Source of the DNA: a virus
Taxonomy: Duplodnaviria; Caudoviricetes
Virus record (IMG/VR): IMGVR_UViG_3300046777_001244
Span: 1-40,104 of that record
DNA: 40,104 nucleotides
Direction: 5' to 3' (one strand)
Made by a program: the position numbers and the translations under genes. Below, in pieces: positions 28,761 through 35,951 of this stretch. The notes beneath the pieces are model-generated. The model did no database searches and was not told the DNA's origin. It saw nothing but the letters and a program-made list of their open reading frames with translations. Within the stretch, counting starts at the first letter, position 1. Each line of letters begins with the position of its first letter.

Positions 28761-30079
28761 GTGTTCTTGCTCCTTAAAGCGGCCTCGATGGCGCGGGCAA
28801 ACTCGTCGAGTTGTTCTTCCGAGTAATAGCCCGGCTCTTTTTCGTACCCGCCCATCACAAAACCATCACGCACGGCCTTGGTGTTTTGCGATGTTGCATA
28901 AACAGGCGGCTTTGCTGGAGGGTGTGGGTACTCAACATCCTCATCCGTCAACCCTCGCCACTCGCGGCGGGGTGGGTCAGTGTAGAGCCTGTCACCGCGC
29001 TTGACGTGCGTTGCTGACGCATCGATGAGGCACCCAAGCGCCGGCACGCCGTTGTAGCTGCCCATTACCATCACCGTCGCCACCGGCTCCTGCTCCTCTG
29101 GGCGATCACGCATTTCAATCTGCCCGTCAATGAAGCCCTTCCGATATTCGTGCGCAGGATCAGGGTACGGCTGCTCCGTCTCGCGGCGGGGTGGGTGGAC
29201 CAAAGCTGACCCGTCTCGCAGCATACCTGCTGTGCCTGCCAATTCATCAGGCAAGTAGTCTCGTAGCCCATACTTTTCCCACGCATCACAGGACACCCTA
29301 ACCTTGTCCAAAACTTCAGCAGCTTCTGATATCAGTTCCAAAGCCTCTGCGTTGACTACCACCGGTTCCTGTTCCGTCTCGCGGCGGGGTGGGCGGGTGT
29401 AGAGGGCAAACGCCTTGTACGCGCCGACCAGATCGTGCGGGTTATCGGTGACATACGCCGACTTGCCGTCCTCCGTGTAGACCATCCACGCCACCGGCTC
29501 GGCCTGCTCCGGCTTCATCTCGGCCATGCCTGCCGCATACCCGGCTTCGTAGCCCGCGCCCCAACGGTCGGGCTCCTGCTCCGTCTGCCCTATGCCGTAC
29601 CCGCTGCGCTGGCAGATTCCTTGCGCGTGGCAGTCAGTGTCTTGCTCCATCGCCTCTCTCCTGCCGCGCTCAATCAGTTCCTGCGCAGCAGAGGAAACCA
29701 AGGGGTCGATCTGCACGGCGCAGTGCCAGTCAATCAGGCGCCGAATGGACTCTTGTGGATCATCGCTGGCAACCATGTGCAGGGTTGAAAGCTCATGGTC
29801 TACGGCATCGCGCCAAGGGTTCGGCTGCTCCAGCGGCACCCGCCTTGCGAATGCCGGGTTGTTGCCCAGGTCGCAGCCGGGTTCCCACTCCCCGGGGCAC
29901 TGGTCTTTGTGGCGGTCGCCGCAACTGCACTGCTCCATCGCGGCGCACAGATTGATCGCGGCCTGTCTTCCGGCTTGGGATGCCAACGGCGGCGCAAGCG
30001 ACTGCCAGCCGTTAAGTTCTTCCAATGCCTCCAGCGCCTGCTGGGCAGCGGTTCTCAGATCAGTCCCAGCCATTTCCAA
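28757..30079 (-). CDS. Concatenated-module hypothetical protein
   Basis: 440 aa; repeated EQEPV/PPRRE linkers between unrelated segments. Confidence 0.7.
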   Translation of the reverse strand: MEMAGTDLRTAAQQALEALEELNGWQSLAPPLASQAGRQAAINLCAAMEQCSCGDRHKDQCPGEWEPGCDLGNNPAFARRVPLEQPNPWRDAVDHELSTLHMVASDDPQESIRRLIDWHCAVQIDPLVSSAAQELIERGRREAMEQDTDCHAQGICQRSGYGIGQTEQEPDRWGAGYEAGYAAGMAEMKPEQAEPVAWMVYTEDGKSAYVTDNPHDLVGAYKAFALYTRPPRRETEQEPVVVNAEALELISEAAEVLDKVRVSCDAWEKYGLRDYLPDELAGTAGMLRDGSALVHPPRRETEQPYPDPAHEYRKGFIDGQIEMRDRPEEQEPVATVMVMGSYNGVPALGCLIDASATHVKRGDRLYTDPPRREWRGLTDEDVEYPHPPAKPPVYATSQNTKAVRDGFVMGGYEKEPGYYSEEQLDEFARAIEAALRSKNT

Positions 30080-30402
30080 ACCTCCAACAACAGGTTGCCC
30101 AATAGAACGGCAAACGCGGCTCCAGCCAGCGCGGCCACAATCACCTCATCCCTCTCACCAAACCACAACTTGATGCGGCTCCACAGTGTGCGGCGATCTG
30201 GTGTACGCACCGGCTCAACCGGTAGTTCTCCGCGGCATTGCGCCCACCAATTCGGAGACGCTTGCGCAAGCTGTTCGGGCATCAAGTCAGGCCACGCATT
30301 GCGCGCACCTTCAAACTGGCGGAGAGCCAGTTCTTCTTTGCTCATGGAGCACATTCCTTCATTCATGCGGCGCATGATGTCCTGTCGTTGCTCATCGGTC
30401 AT
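30055..30402 (-). CDS. Hypothetical protein with C-terminal TM helix
   Basis: Coupled ORF, AGGAG RBS. Confidence 0.6.
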   Translation of the reverse strand: MTDEQRQDIMRRMNEGMCSMSKEELALRQFEGARNAWPDLMPEQLAQASPNWWAQCRGELPVEPVRTPDRRTLWSRIKLWFGERDEVIVAALAGAAFAVLLGNLLLEVWKWLGLI

Positions 30403-30563
30403 GTCTTGCTCCTAAAACACTGCCACAAAGATTTGCGGTTCCGCCGCCCATTCAGGGATTGATCGTGATAGCGGCGTAACAGATAGACCAGCACACACCA
30501 GTACACGAATAAACCTACGCCAAAACCCATTACAAAGAACCCAAATATGTCTTCGGTTTTCAT
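30399..30563 (-). CDS. Small membrane protein
   Basis: Start MKTEDIFG; single TM. Confidence 0.5.
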   Translation of the reverse strand: MKTEDIFGFFVMGFGVGLFVYWCVLVYLLRRYHDQSLNGRRNRKSLWQCFRSKT

Positions 30564-30793
30564 GTCTTGCTCCTCTCGGGCCACCACGCGGGGCGGTCGG
30601 TCCATTCGACAGCAGCTTGAATATCTGCTGGCACTTTCACTACCGATTGATCCGCTGCTTCTTCGGCAGTCATCCCAATATGCGCTGGGAAACCCCACCG
30701 CTTCCCGTTCCACCACCGCAAAATATCGGCGTTTCGGCGGCTACTCGCAGGCCACCAGCCAATGCTGGGTGGCGGTCCCTTGTGCCATTTCAT
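30560..30793 (-). CDS. Trp-rich phage protein (WHKGPPPSIGWWPAS family)
   Basis: Recurring phage motif; coupled. Confidence 0.7.
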   Translation of the reverse strand: MKWHKGPPPSIGWWPASSRRNADILRWWNGKRWGFPAHIGMTAEEAADQSVVKVPADIQAAVEWTDRPAWWPERSKT

Positions 30794-31077
30794 TTCATCT
30801 CCTTTCCAATCTCAGCCGCAGCCCTGACGATGGCGCGGCGGGTGGCCTCTAAATCGTCTTCGCTTTTGTCTAGAAATAGCCGTCCCGAGACATCCCGGAC
30901 AGCCCCGATCATCACGGTTAGGTCTAGCTTCACCGCCAACCGCAGCGCATCGCCGTCGTCGTTGAGGGGGTTCCATCGTGCCCATTGGCCTGCGCCTTCC
31001 ATCCAAACATGAGTGCCGTCATGTAAAAGCAGTCCCGCCGCCTTAGCGGCGGCCTCAAGCAGTTCGCGGTCAGTCAT
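30790..31077 (-). CDS. TDRELLE family protein, paralogue 3
   Basis: WNPLNDDGDALRLAVKL..ATRRAIVRAAAEIGKEMK. Confidence 0.75.
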   Translation of the reverse strand: MTDRELLEAAAKAAGLLLHDGTHVWMEGAGQWARWNPLNDDGDALRLAVKLDLTVMIGAVRDVSGRLFLDKSEDDLEATRRAIVRAAAEIGKEMK

Positions 31078-31418
31078 TCCATGCTCCTCCCAATCTCAGC
31101 CGCGGCCCTGACGATGGCGCGGCGAGTGGCGGCGTAGGGGTCGCCCTTCTCGCTGGCGCAGACAGAACGCTCACATTTCGCGGATGCTGCGTGCGCCGAT
31201 GTGTTGTACACCTTCAGTTCCATTTCCAACTTCACCGCCAGCCGCATCGCCTGCGCGTCGTCACCCAGCGGGTTCCAGACAGTTTCCGAATAGGGCTGGC
31301 CTTGCACGTAATGCGTCATGGCCCAAACCGGACGGCGCTGCATGGTTCCGTCATCGCTCTCGTGAATCTCAACCCCAGCCGCCTTCGCAGCAAGTTCCAG
31401 CAGTTCACGATCTGTCAT
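31074..31418 (-). CDS. TDRELLE family protein, paralogue 4
   Basis: WNPLGDDAQAMRLAVKL..ATRRAIVRAAAEIG. Confidence 0.75.
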   Translation of the reverse strand: MTDRELLELAAKAAGVEIHESDDGTMQRRPVWAMTHYVQGQPYSETVWNPLGDDAQAMRLAVKLEMELKVYNTSAHAASAKCERSVCASEKGDPYAATRRAIVRAAAEIGRSME

Positions 31419-31612
31419 ACCAACACCCCCACAACGAACGCAATCACACCGACAACGGCGACGACTGCCACGCCACACAACAAGACAGCCTTCAACTCCT
31501 CGCGGTAGAACTCGCGCCCGTAGAAGTCAGGCTCTTGACCGATCTCTGTTGCCGCCTCAGCGGCTTCGGGAAAGCGGCCTTGCTGGTCACAGCCTTTGGG
31601 AAGTTTCTTCAT
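31415..31612 (-). CDS. Small membrane protein (CDQQGR.PEAAEAATEIG family)
   Basis: Start MKKLPK; C-terminal TM. Confidence 0.65.
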   Translation of the reverse strand: MKKLPKGCDQQGRFPEAAEAATEIGQEPDFYGREFYREELKAVLLCGVAVVAVVGVIAFVVGVLV

Positions 31613-31767
31613 TGAACCCTCTGCACTTTCTTGGCAAGCAGCCACTTTTCTCCAAGCAGTTCCACCGAGCGGAGCCACTTGCGGGCGTTAGAACGGTTGA
31701 CGCTCTTCGGAACATGAGGCACGTTCCACAACTTCAGTGCGTGCTTGGCTAGTTGCATCTTGGTCAC
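31609..31767 (-). CDS. 52-aa hypothetical protein absent from the ORF track (MTKMQLAKHALKLWNV..KWLRSVELLGEKWLLAK)
   Basis: GTG start after GGAG, TGA overlapping next ATG; fills the operon gap. Confidence 0.7.
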   Translation of the reverse strand: MTKMQLAKHALKLWNVPHVPKSVNRSNARKWLRSVELLGEKWLLAKKVQRVQ

Positions 31768-31769
31768 TT

Positions 31770-31961
31770 TTATCTCCGATCAATAGCACGGGCCACTGCT
31801 TCGGCACGTTCGCGGTCTAGAGTCCGTTCGCCTCCCGGCAGAACCCATCCCGCTGGATGTACAAGACCCTTGTGCTCCGTGGCTTCCGCCCAGATGATGC
31901 GGCCCCGTCCAATGGTGATGTCAAGAGGATTGGTGAATCGGAAAAACTCTCTCTCGCTCAT
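31770..31961 (-). CDS. Hypothetical protein (HPAGWVLPGG motif)
   Basis: AGGAG RBS; in operon. Confidence 0.65.
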   Translation of the reverse strand: MSEREFFRFTNPLDITIGRGRIIWAEATEHKGLVHPAGWVLPGGERTLDRERAEAVARAIDRR

Positions 31962-32097
31962 CTGACTTCTCCTTCAGTTGTTGAAAACACTCCGGCAAGG
32001 CACAAAAAAATGCACAATGGATGCCCCCGTGGATGTGAGCCTCCAGGGTAGCGATGCGCTCCCGCAGGACACGATTCTCTTCTAGCAGATCTTCCAT
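31921..32097 (-). CDS. Hypothetical protein, first gene of leftward operon
   Basis: Start MEDLLEE after GGAGG; 3' end overlaps next gene by 41 bp. Confidence 0.5.
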   Translation of the reverse strand: MEDLLEENRVLRERIATLEAHIHGGIHCAFFCALPECFQQLKEKSDERERVFPIHQSS

Positions 32098-32112
32098 CTT
32101 GCACCTCCAGAG

Positions 32113-32190
32113 CCCCGATGCTACACTGATCCTACCTGATGACAACTAGGGGTTTATACCTAGTGCATTCGGGCAACAGGAGAGTAGCAT
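32113..32190. promoter_or_regulatory. Divergent promoter pair around a CTAGG..CCTAG palindrome
   Basis: - strand TTGTCA-16-TAGCAT; + strand GTGCAT-16-TAGCAT; CAACTAGGGGTTTA identical to 26102-26115. Confidence 0.6.
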
Positions 32191-32220
32191 GAACGTCCTT
32201 GTTATGCAGGAGTACACAAG

Positions 32221-32418
32221 ATGGACAAGCAAGAGTTCAAGCGCCGGTGGGAGTCTGGCGATGACGGCGGCGGCATCACGATGGAGGACATTGCCGCGTG
32301 CTACGTTGAGTGGGGGTTGGGATCAACACCGCGCATACGGTCCCCACGTTCAGTGATTCGGGCTGTGGTTAAAGCGGCGGATACAAACGACCAAGACGAC
32401 TGGGAAGACGAGCTTTGA
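32221..32418 (+). CDS. Hypothetical protein
   Basis: AGGAG RBS; acidic tail. Confidence 0.7.
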   Translation: MDKQEFKRRWESGDDGGGITMEDIAACYVEWGLGSTPRIRSPRSVIRAVVKAADTNDQDDWEDEL

Positions 32419-32438
32419 CAAGACGACTGGGAAGACGA
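32392..32438 (+). repeat. 20-bp direct repeat straddling a stop codon
   Basis: CAAGACGACTGGGAAGACGA at 32392 and 32419. Confidence 0.9.
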
Positions 32439-32451
32439 CCAAGGAGCAAGC

Positions 32452-32775
32452 ATGAGCCTAGACGTAATGCTTTACGACGCCGATGGGACCGAGGTTTACT
32501 CGGCCAACATCACGCACAACCTCAACAAGATGGCCGACGAGGCGGGCATCTATGCCTGTCTGTGGCGCCCTGAAGAGAACGGCATCACGCACGCGCGGCA
32601 GATCATTGAGCCGCTGGCCGCCGGGCTGGTGCTGCTAGTGACCGAAAAGGCACGGTTTGAGCAGTTCAACGCCCCGAACGGCTGGGGGCTGTGGAAGCAC
32701 TTTGTTCCGTGGTGCGCCGCCTACCTGCAGGCGTGCCGGGACAACCCCGACGCGCTGGTGCGGGTGAGCCGCTGA
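32452..32775 (+). CDS. Conserved phage protein (SLDV..NITHNL..PNGWG family)
   Basis: AGGAG RBS; recognisable phage motif; GC-rich. Confidence 0.75.
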   Translation: MSLDVMLYDADGTEVYSANITHNLNKMADEAGIYACLWRPEENGITHARQIIEPLAAGLVLLVTEKARFEQFNAPNGWGLWKHFVPWCAAYLQACRDNPDALVRVSR

Positions 32776-32785
32776 ATTGGGTGCT

Positions 32786-32813
32786 GCATAACGTGAAATA
32801 GGCCGCATGCGGC
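32786..32813. repeat. TAACGTGAAATAGGCCGC motif, copy 1 (putative cassette landing site)
   Basis: 18 bp identical to 38967-38984; variant at 33003. Confidence 0.8.
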
Positions 32814-32825
32814 AGAGGAGAAGAA

Positions 32826-33005
32826 ATGGCATATACACCAAAGGACTGGTCTACGCCGGACTGGAAAAAAAAGAGCCGCGTGCATGAGTGGAAAAACTAC
32901 ATCAGCAAAGAGTTGGAAGCGATGTGGAGCACATTCAATGATGCGCAGAAGCAAGCGCTTGCCAGAAATGCTGACGACTTAGCGTCACGCGAACACTGGG
33001 ATTAA
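32826..33005 (+). CDS. 59-aa hypothetical protein absent from the ORF track (MAYTPKDW..HEWKNYIS..EHWD)
   Basis: GAGGAG RBS; open frame to TAA, which begins the repeat motif. Confidence 0.75.
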   Translation: MAYTPKDWSTPDWKKKSRVHEWKNYISKELEAMWSTFNDAQKQALARNADDLASREHWD

Positions 33006-33037
33006 CGTGAACAGGCCGCACGCCTTCGGCCTAACTT
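33000..33037. repeat. TAACGTGAA-CAGGCCGC..CGGCCTAACTT motif, copy 2
   Basis: Matches 38967-39001 in both arms. Confidence 0.75.
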
Positions 33038-33046
33038 TTGAACACC

Positions 33047-33847
33047 ATGAAAAAACTCAACATCAACAACATCATCATCGACAAGGGCACCCAGTCCCGT
33101 GCCGCGATCAGCGAGGATACGGTATCGGACTACGCCGAGGCGATGTCAGCGGGCGACGAGTTCCCGCCTGTGGTCGCTTTCCATGATGGTGTGGACTACT
33201 ACCTTGCCGATGGATTCCATAGGTTGCATGCCGTCAAGCGCCTGGGCAAGACCTCCATCCAAGCCGATGTGCGCACAGGAACTTTGAGGGATGCCATCCT
33301 GTACAGCCTGGGCGCGAACCGGGACCACGGTCTGCGCCGGAGCAATGCAGACAAGCGCAAGTGCGTTCAGACTTTGCTGGAAGACTTCGAGTGGGGCGAC
33401 CTCAGTGTGAACGAAATGGCCCGCATCTGTGGCGTTTCACCTCAGTTGGTGATGGCCGTGAAGCAGGAAAAGGACGCTGGCGAGAAGGTGAGCAGCGTTA
33501 ATTTTAACGCTCCGAAGAAAGCCAAGCCGGCAAAATTGGCGAACGTGGTGGAGGCTCCGCTTGAACCTCCGGGCGAGTTTGTCATTGACGAGAAGGACGA
33601 GGCCGTAGCAGAACTGATGGCCGAGAACCAGCGCCTGAGCGACCGGCTTGCGGTGGAAGCGATGGAAGCAAGTGAAGAGGAGAAGCAGGCGGCAGGCGAA
33701 ACCATCGCAGAACTGCGGGAGCAGATCCGCATCTTGGAGATTGAGAACCAAAGCCTGAAGATCAGCCGGGACACTTTCCAACGGGAGAACGCGGAGTTGA
33801 AGAAAACGGTGGCATCCCTGCAGCGAAAGCTGAAGAAGGAGGAGTGA
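33047..33847 (+). CDS. ParB N-terminal-domain protein with HTH and coiled coil
   Basis: FPPV, LADGFHR, HGLRR, SVNEMARICGVS. Confidence 0.8.
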   Translation: MKKLNINNIIIDKGTQSRAAISEDTVSDYAEAMSAGDEFPPVVAFHDGVDYYLADGFHRLHAVKRLGKTSIQADVRTGTLRDAILYSLGANRDHGLRRSNADKRKCVQTLLEDFEWGDLSVNEMARICGVSPQLVMAVKQEKDAGEKVSSVNFNAPKKAKPAKLANVVEAPLEPPGEFVIDEKDEAVAELMAENQRLSDRLAVEAMEASEEEKQAAGETIAELREQIRILEIENQSLKISRDTFQRENAELKKTVASLQRKLKKEE

Positions 33848-34224
33848 TGTCTAAGCGGAAGATCAGCGGCAAGTGGTTGCGCATGGCAGAGATGTACAAA
33901 CGATTTGCCAGTGATTACAAGTGCGCTGACTTCAGCGACGATGCTGCAATGGCAATGTACTTACATGAGTCCACCGGAGCGCCGCTGCCAGATCCAAAGA
34001 CGAACGGCTACGCGCTGGGAAAGAAATGGATGGACGTAACGGTTGCAGCATGGAAAGAGGAGATCCCTCAGATGGGGCTGCTTGTTTCTGAACTGCAAGC
34101 TGACGGCTATCCAGACTGGTTTCTTGAGCAAATTGGCGTGCTGCATCTTGAGCCAACAAGGCAGGCGTGCTCGTGGTGGATTGGAGAAGATTGGGCGCGC
34201 AAGCTGAAGAAGGAGGAAGCGTGA
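33844..34224 (+). CDS. Hypothetical protein
   Basis: Coupled; ends KLKKEE like upstream gene. Confidence 0.65.
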   Translation: MMSKRKISGKWLRMAEMYKRFASDYKCADFSDDAAMAMYLHESTGAPLPDPKTNGYALGKKWMDVTVAAWKEEIPQMGLLVSELQADGYPDWFLEQIGVLHLEPTRQACSWWIGEDWARKLKKEEA

Positions 34225-34478
34225 AGTTCAACATCAACGACATGGTGCGCGTGAAGTTAACTGACGTTGGCAGGAAAGCACTGGAGGATGAGCATAAGAA
34301 GTTCTGGTCCAGTGTTAAGCGCCCAGAGGAGCCATACACACCACCAAAGGAAGATGCTGATGGGTGGAGTGAATGGCAGTTGTGGTGTTTGATGAACAGA
34401 TTGGGCAGCTATGTGGAGATGGGAACTAAGGTGCCTTTTGAGACAACCATTGAGATTGTGAAGAAGGAAGAATCATGA
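34221..34478 (+). CDS. Conserved phage protein (FNIND.V.VKLT..G..QLW family)
   Basis: GTG start coupled to TGA, GGAGG RBS. Confidence 0.7.
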   Translation: MKFNINDMVRVKLTDVGRKALEDEHKKFWSSVKRPEEPYTPPKEDADGWSEWQLWCLMNRLGSYVEMGTKVPFETTIEIVKKEES

Positions 34479-34484
34479 AGGACA

Positions 34485-34504
34485 ACTTGAGCGACGGGTT
34501 AGGC
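34485..34504 (-). other. Truncated attC (R''-spacer-L'' only)
   Basis: - strand GCCTAAC-CCGTC-GCTCAAGT; no downstream L'/R' found. Confidence 0.7.
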
Positions 34505-34529
34505 CCGTTGCAACCGAAGCGAGAAAAGC

Positions 34530-34745
34530 ATGCACACCAGAAAAGCGTTCTTGATTTACCCGCCCAACTACAAGCCGGGCGACGGCTACAAGGTGCGCCG
34601 CTCAAAGCGGCAGGCATGGAAGGAGGCCGTTCGCATGGGCGAAGGCGCATCGGTTGACGTTCAAAAGCAGACGCACCCGGCCCCGCGCACGCGCTGGAAC
34701 TCAAGCGTCAGCCGCCCGCTTTGGGTGCTGGAGAAACGGGCCTAA
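34530..34745 (+). CDS. Cassette 1 ORF, hypothetical basic protein
   Basis: Stop TAA lies inside the GCCTAAC core site. Confidence 0.7.
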   Translation: MHTRKAFLIYPPNYKPGDGYKVRRSKRQAWKEAVRMGEGASVDVQKQTHPAPRTRWNSSVSRPLWVLEKRA

Positions 34746-34825
34746 CGCACCAGCTCAGCGGCGGCCCGCTGGGTGATTCAATAACCAAGCTGCTGGCGGC
34801 CGTCCGCTGCAGCGCACTGTTCGGC
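34740..34825 (-). other. attC site (86 bp)
   Basis: - strand GCCGAAC-AGTGC-GCT[G]CAGCGG[A]CGG...CCGCCGCTGAGC-TGGTGC-GTTAGGC; 5/6-bp spacers and two extrahelical bases. Confidence 0.9.
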
Positions 34826-34852
34826 CTCTGGTGCCGAAGCGAAGGGAAGGCG

Positions 34853-35077
34853 ATGGACATGCTGACACTGCGGCTCGAAAGCCGCGAGGGCGACCGCATG
34901 CTGTGGGTGCCCGAAGAGGCGCGCGGCGACCCCGAGCACTTCCTCTGCCAGCAGGGGACGATCACGCGATTCAACGGCGAGCGCGTGATGATGAAGTTCG
35001 ACGAAGAGGTCGAAGGCGCCGGCTGGGACGCAGCGCGCGAGGTGGCCATCGACCCGCGCAACCTGCGCGTGCTGTGA
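34853..35077 (+). CDS. Cassette 2 ORF, small SH3/KOW-like beta protein
   Basis: ATG after GGAAGG; TGA 1 bp before core site; fold is a guess. Confidence 0.7.
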   Translation: MDMLTLRLESREGDRMLWVPEEARGDPEHFLCQQGTITRFNGERVMMKFDEEVEGAGWDAAREVAIDPRNLRVL

Positions 35078-35078
35078 G

Positions 35079-35132
35079 GCCTAACGTTCGAGCTAAGCCG
35101 CCGCAGGTCGGCGCTTGAGCGAGTAGTTCGGC
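35079..35132 (-). other. attC site (54 bp)
   Basis: - strand GCCGAAC-TACTC-GCT[C]AAGC..GCTTAGC-TCGAAC-GTTAGGC. Confidence 0.9.
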
Positions 35133-35157
35133 TGGGTCCGAAGCGAAAGGAAAGACG

Positions 35158-35406
35158 ATGACCATGAAACTGAAGGGCGCGCGCGCCCGCAACTTCATAG
35201 CTGCCGCGCTGGTGGACCAGTACGGCGCGAGAGCCCGCGACAAGTGCTGCGGCGAAATGCTGGCGGCCGTAGAGCGCGAGCTTGCCTTCCGCGACCGAGC
35301 CAGCGTGCTGGACAACCCGGCCGGCATGACGATGAGCGAATGGCGCGCAGCGAACCCGGAGCCCACGCACGGCTGCGGGCACATGCAAGGCCGCGGCGCA
35401 GCTTGA
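35158..35406 (+). CDS. Cassette 3 ORF, hypothetical protein
   Basis: AGGA RBS; TGA 1 bp before GCCGAAC. Confidence 0.7.
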   Translation: MTMKLKGARARNFIAAALVDQYGARARDKCCGEMLAAVERELAFRDRASVLDNPAGMTMSEWRAANPEPTHGCGHMQGRGAA

Positions 35407-35407
35407 A

Positions 35408-35425
35408 GCCGAACGTGTGTTAGGC
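35408..35425 (-). other. Simple recombination-site-like palindrome (attI/attG-like) at array head
   Basis: GCCGAAC-GTGT-GTTAGGC, two core-like heptamers with 4-bp spacer. Confidence 0.6.
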
Positions 35426-35446
35426 GACATCAACTGGTAAACCACG

Positions 35447-35936
35447 CCCACGCCAGCGGGCTAGTGCTGGCATCAGGAGAAATCAAATGATTTATGAGAT
35501 GGGCAGACAAATGCCGACGCCAGCGCAAAGGCGCATACTTCGAGAGATTGCTGATGACTCATTCACAATGTCTCTGCCGATAGATTTTGGCAACGTGCCA
35601 TGTGGGGAGAAGTGGGAGCCTGACATGTCAACAAGTACGGCGTTTCGCATGCGGAATGTTCCGCCTCATACAGACCGGCGTAGCCCTGGGGATTATGTTG
35701 GAATCAGCAGACCTCGCAACTATGTGGCTGTATTCTGGCTGGTGGACATGCCAAATGGTGAAGGCTTGTATTTGCAGGTTGGCGGCGTGGCACGATCCAT
35801 GCGGCAAGGCGACTTTGTAGTTTTCAAAGACAGCGTGTTGCACAGTGTTATTTCAGATCGCGTATGGCGCGGATGCGCGTATCAGGCAAGACCCAAAAGA
35901 ACATAAAACACCCCCACGCCAGCGGGCTAGTGCTGG
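35447..35936 (+). repeat. 24-bp perfect direct repeats flanking the oxygenase gene
   Basis: CCCACGCCAGCGGGCTAGTGCTGG at 35447-35470 and 35913-35936; contains a hairpin. Confidence 0.92.
35487..35906 (+). CDS. 2OG-Fe(II) oxygenase / cupin-like protein
   Basis: PPHTD (HxD), GDFVVF...LHSV pattern. Confidence 0.6.
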   Translation: MIYEMGRQMPTPAQRRILREIADDSFTMSLPIDFGNVPCGEKWEPDMSTSTAFRMRNVPPHTDRRSPGDYVGISRPRNYVAVFWLVDMPNGEGLYLQVGGVARSMRQGDFVVFKDSVLHSVISDRVWRGCAYQARPKRT

Positions 35937-35951
35937 CAGCGGAGAACTTAA

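Larger units (their letters stand above)
34485..35425 (-). mobile_element. Integron-type gene cassette array lacking integrase (three cassettes, CALIN-like)
   Basis: Two complete attC, one half attC, one terminal simple site; cassette-end core sites complementary (12/12, 9/10, 8/8). Confidence 0.85.

Noticed and set aside
19630-31418. Diversity-generating retroelement behind the repeated gene segments
   Set aside because: No reverse transcriptase; repeats are short and differences are not adenine-specific
34485-35425. CRISPR array or REP elements as explanation of the spaced palindromes
   Set aside because: Units are non-identical, separated by whole genes, and have attC box/spacer geometry
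34708-35451. 247-aa - strand ORF (and 34971-35384) across the cassette array
   Set aside because: Crosses attC sites, no evident RBS, typical GC-rich shadow of + strand genes
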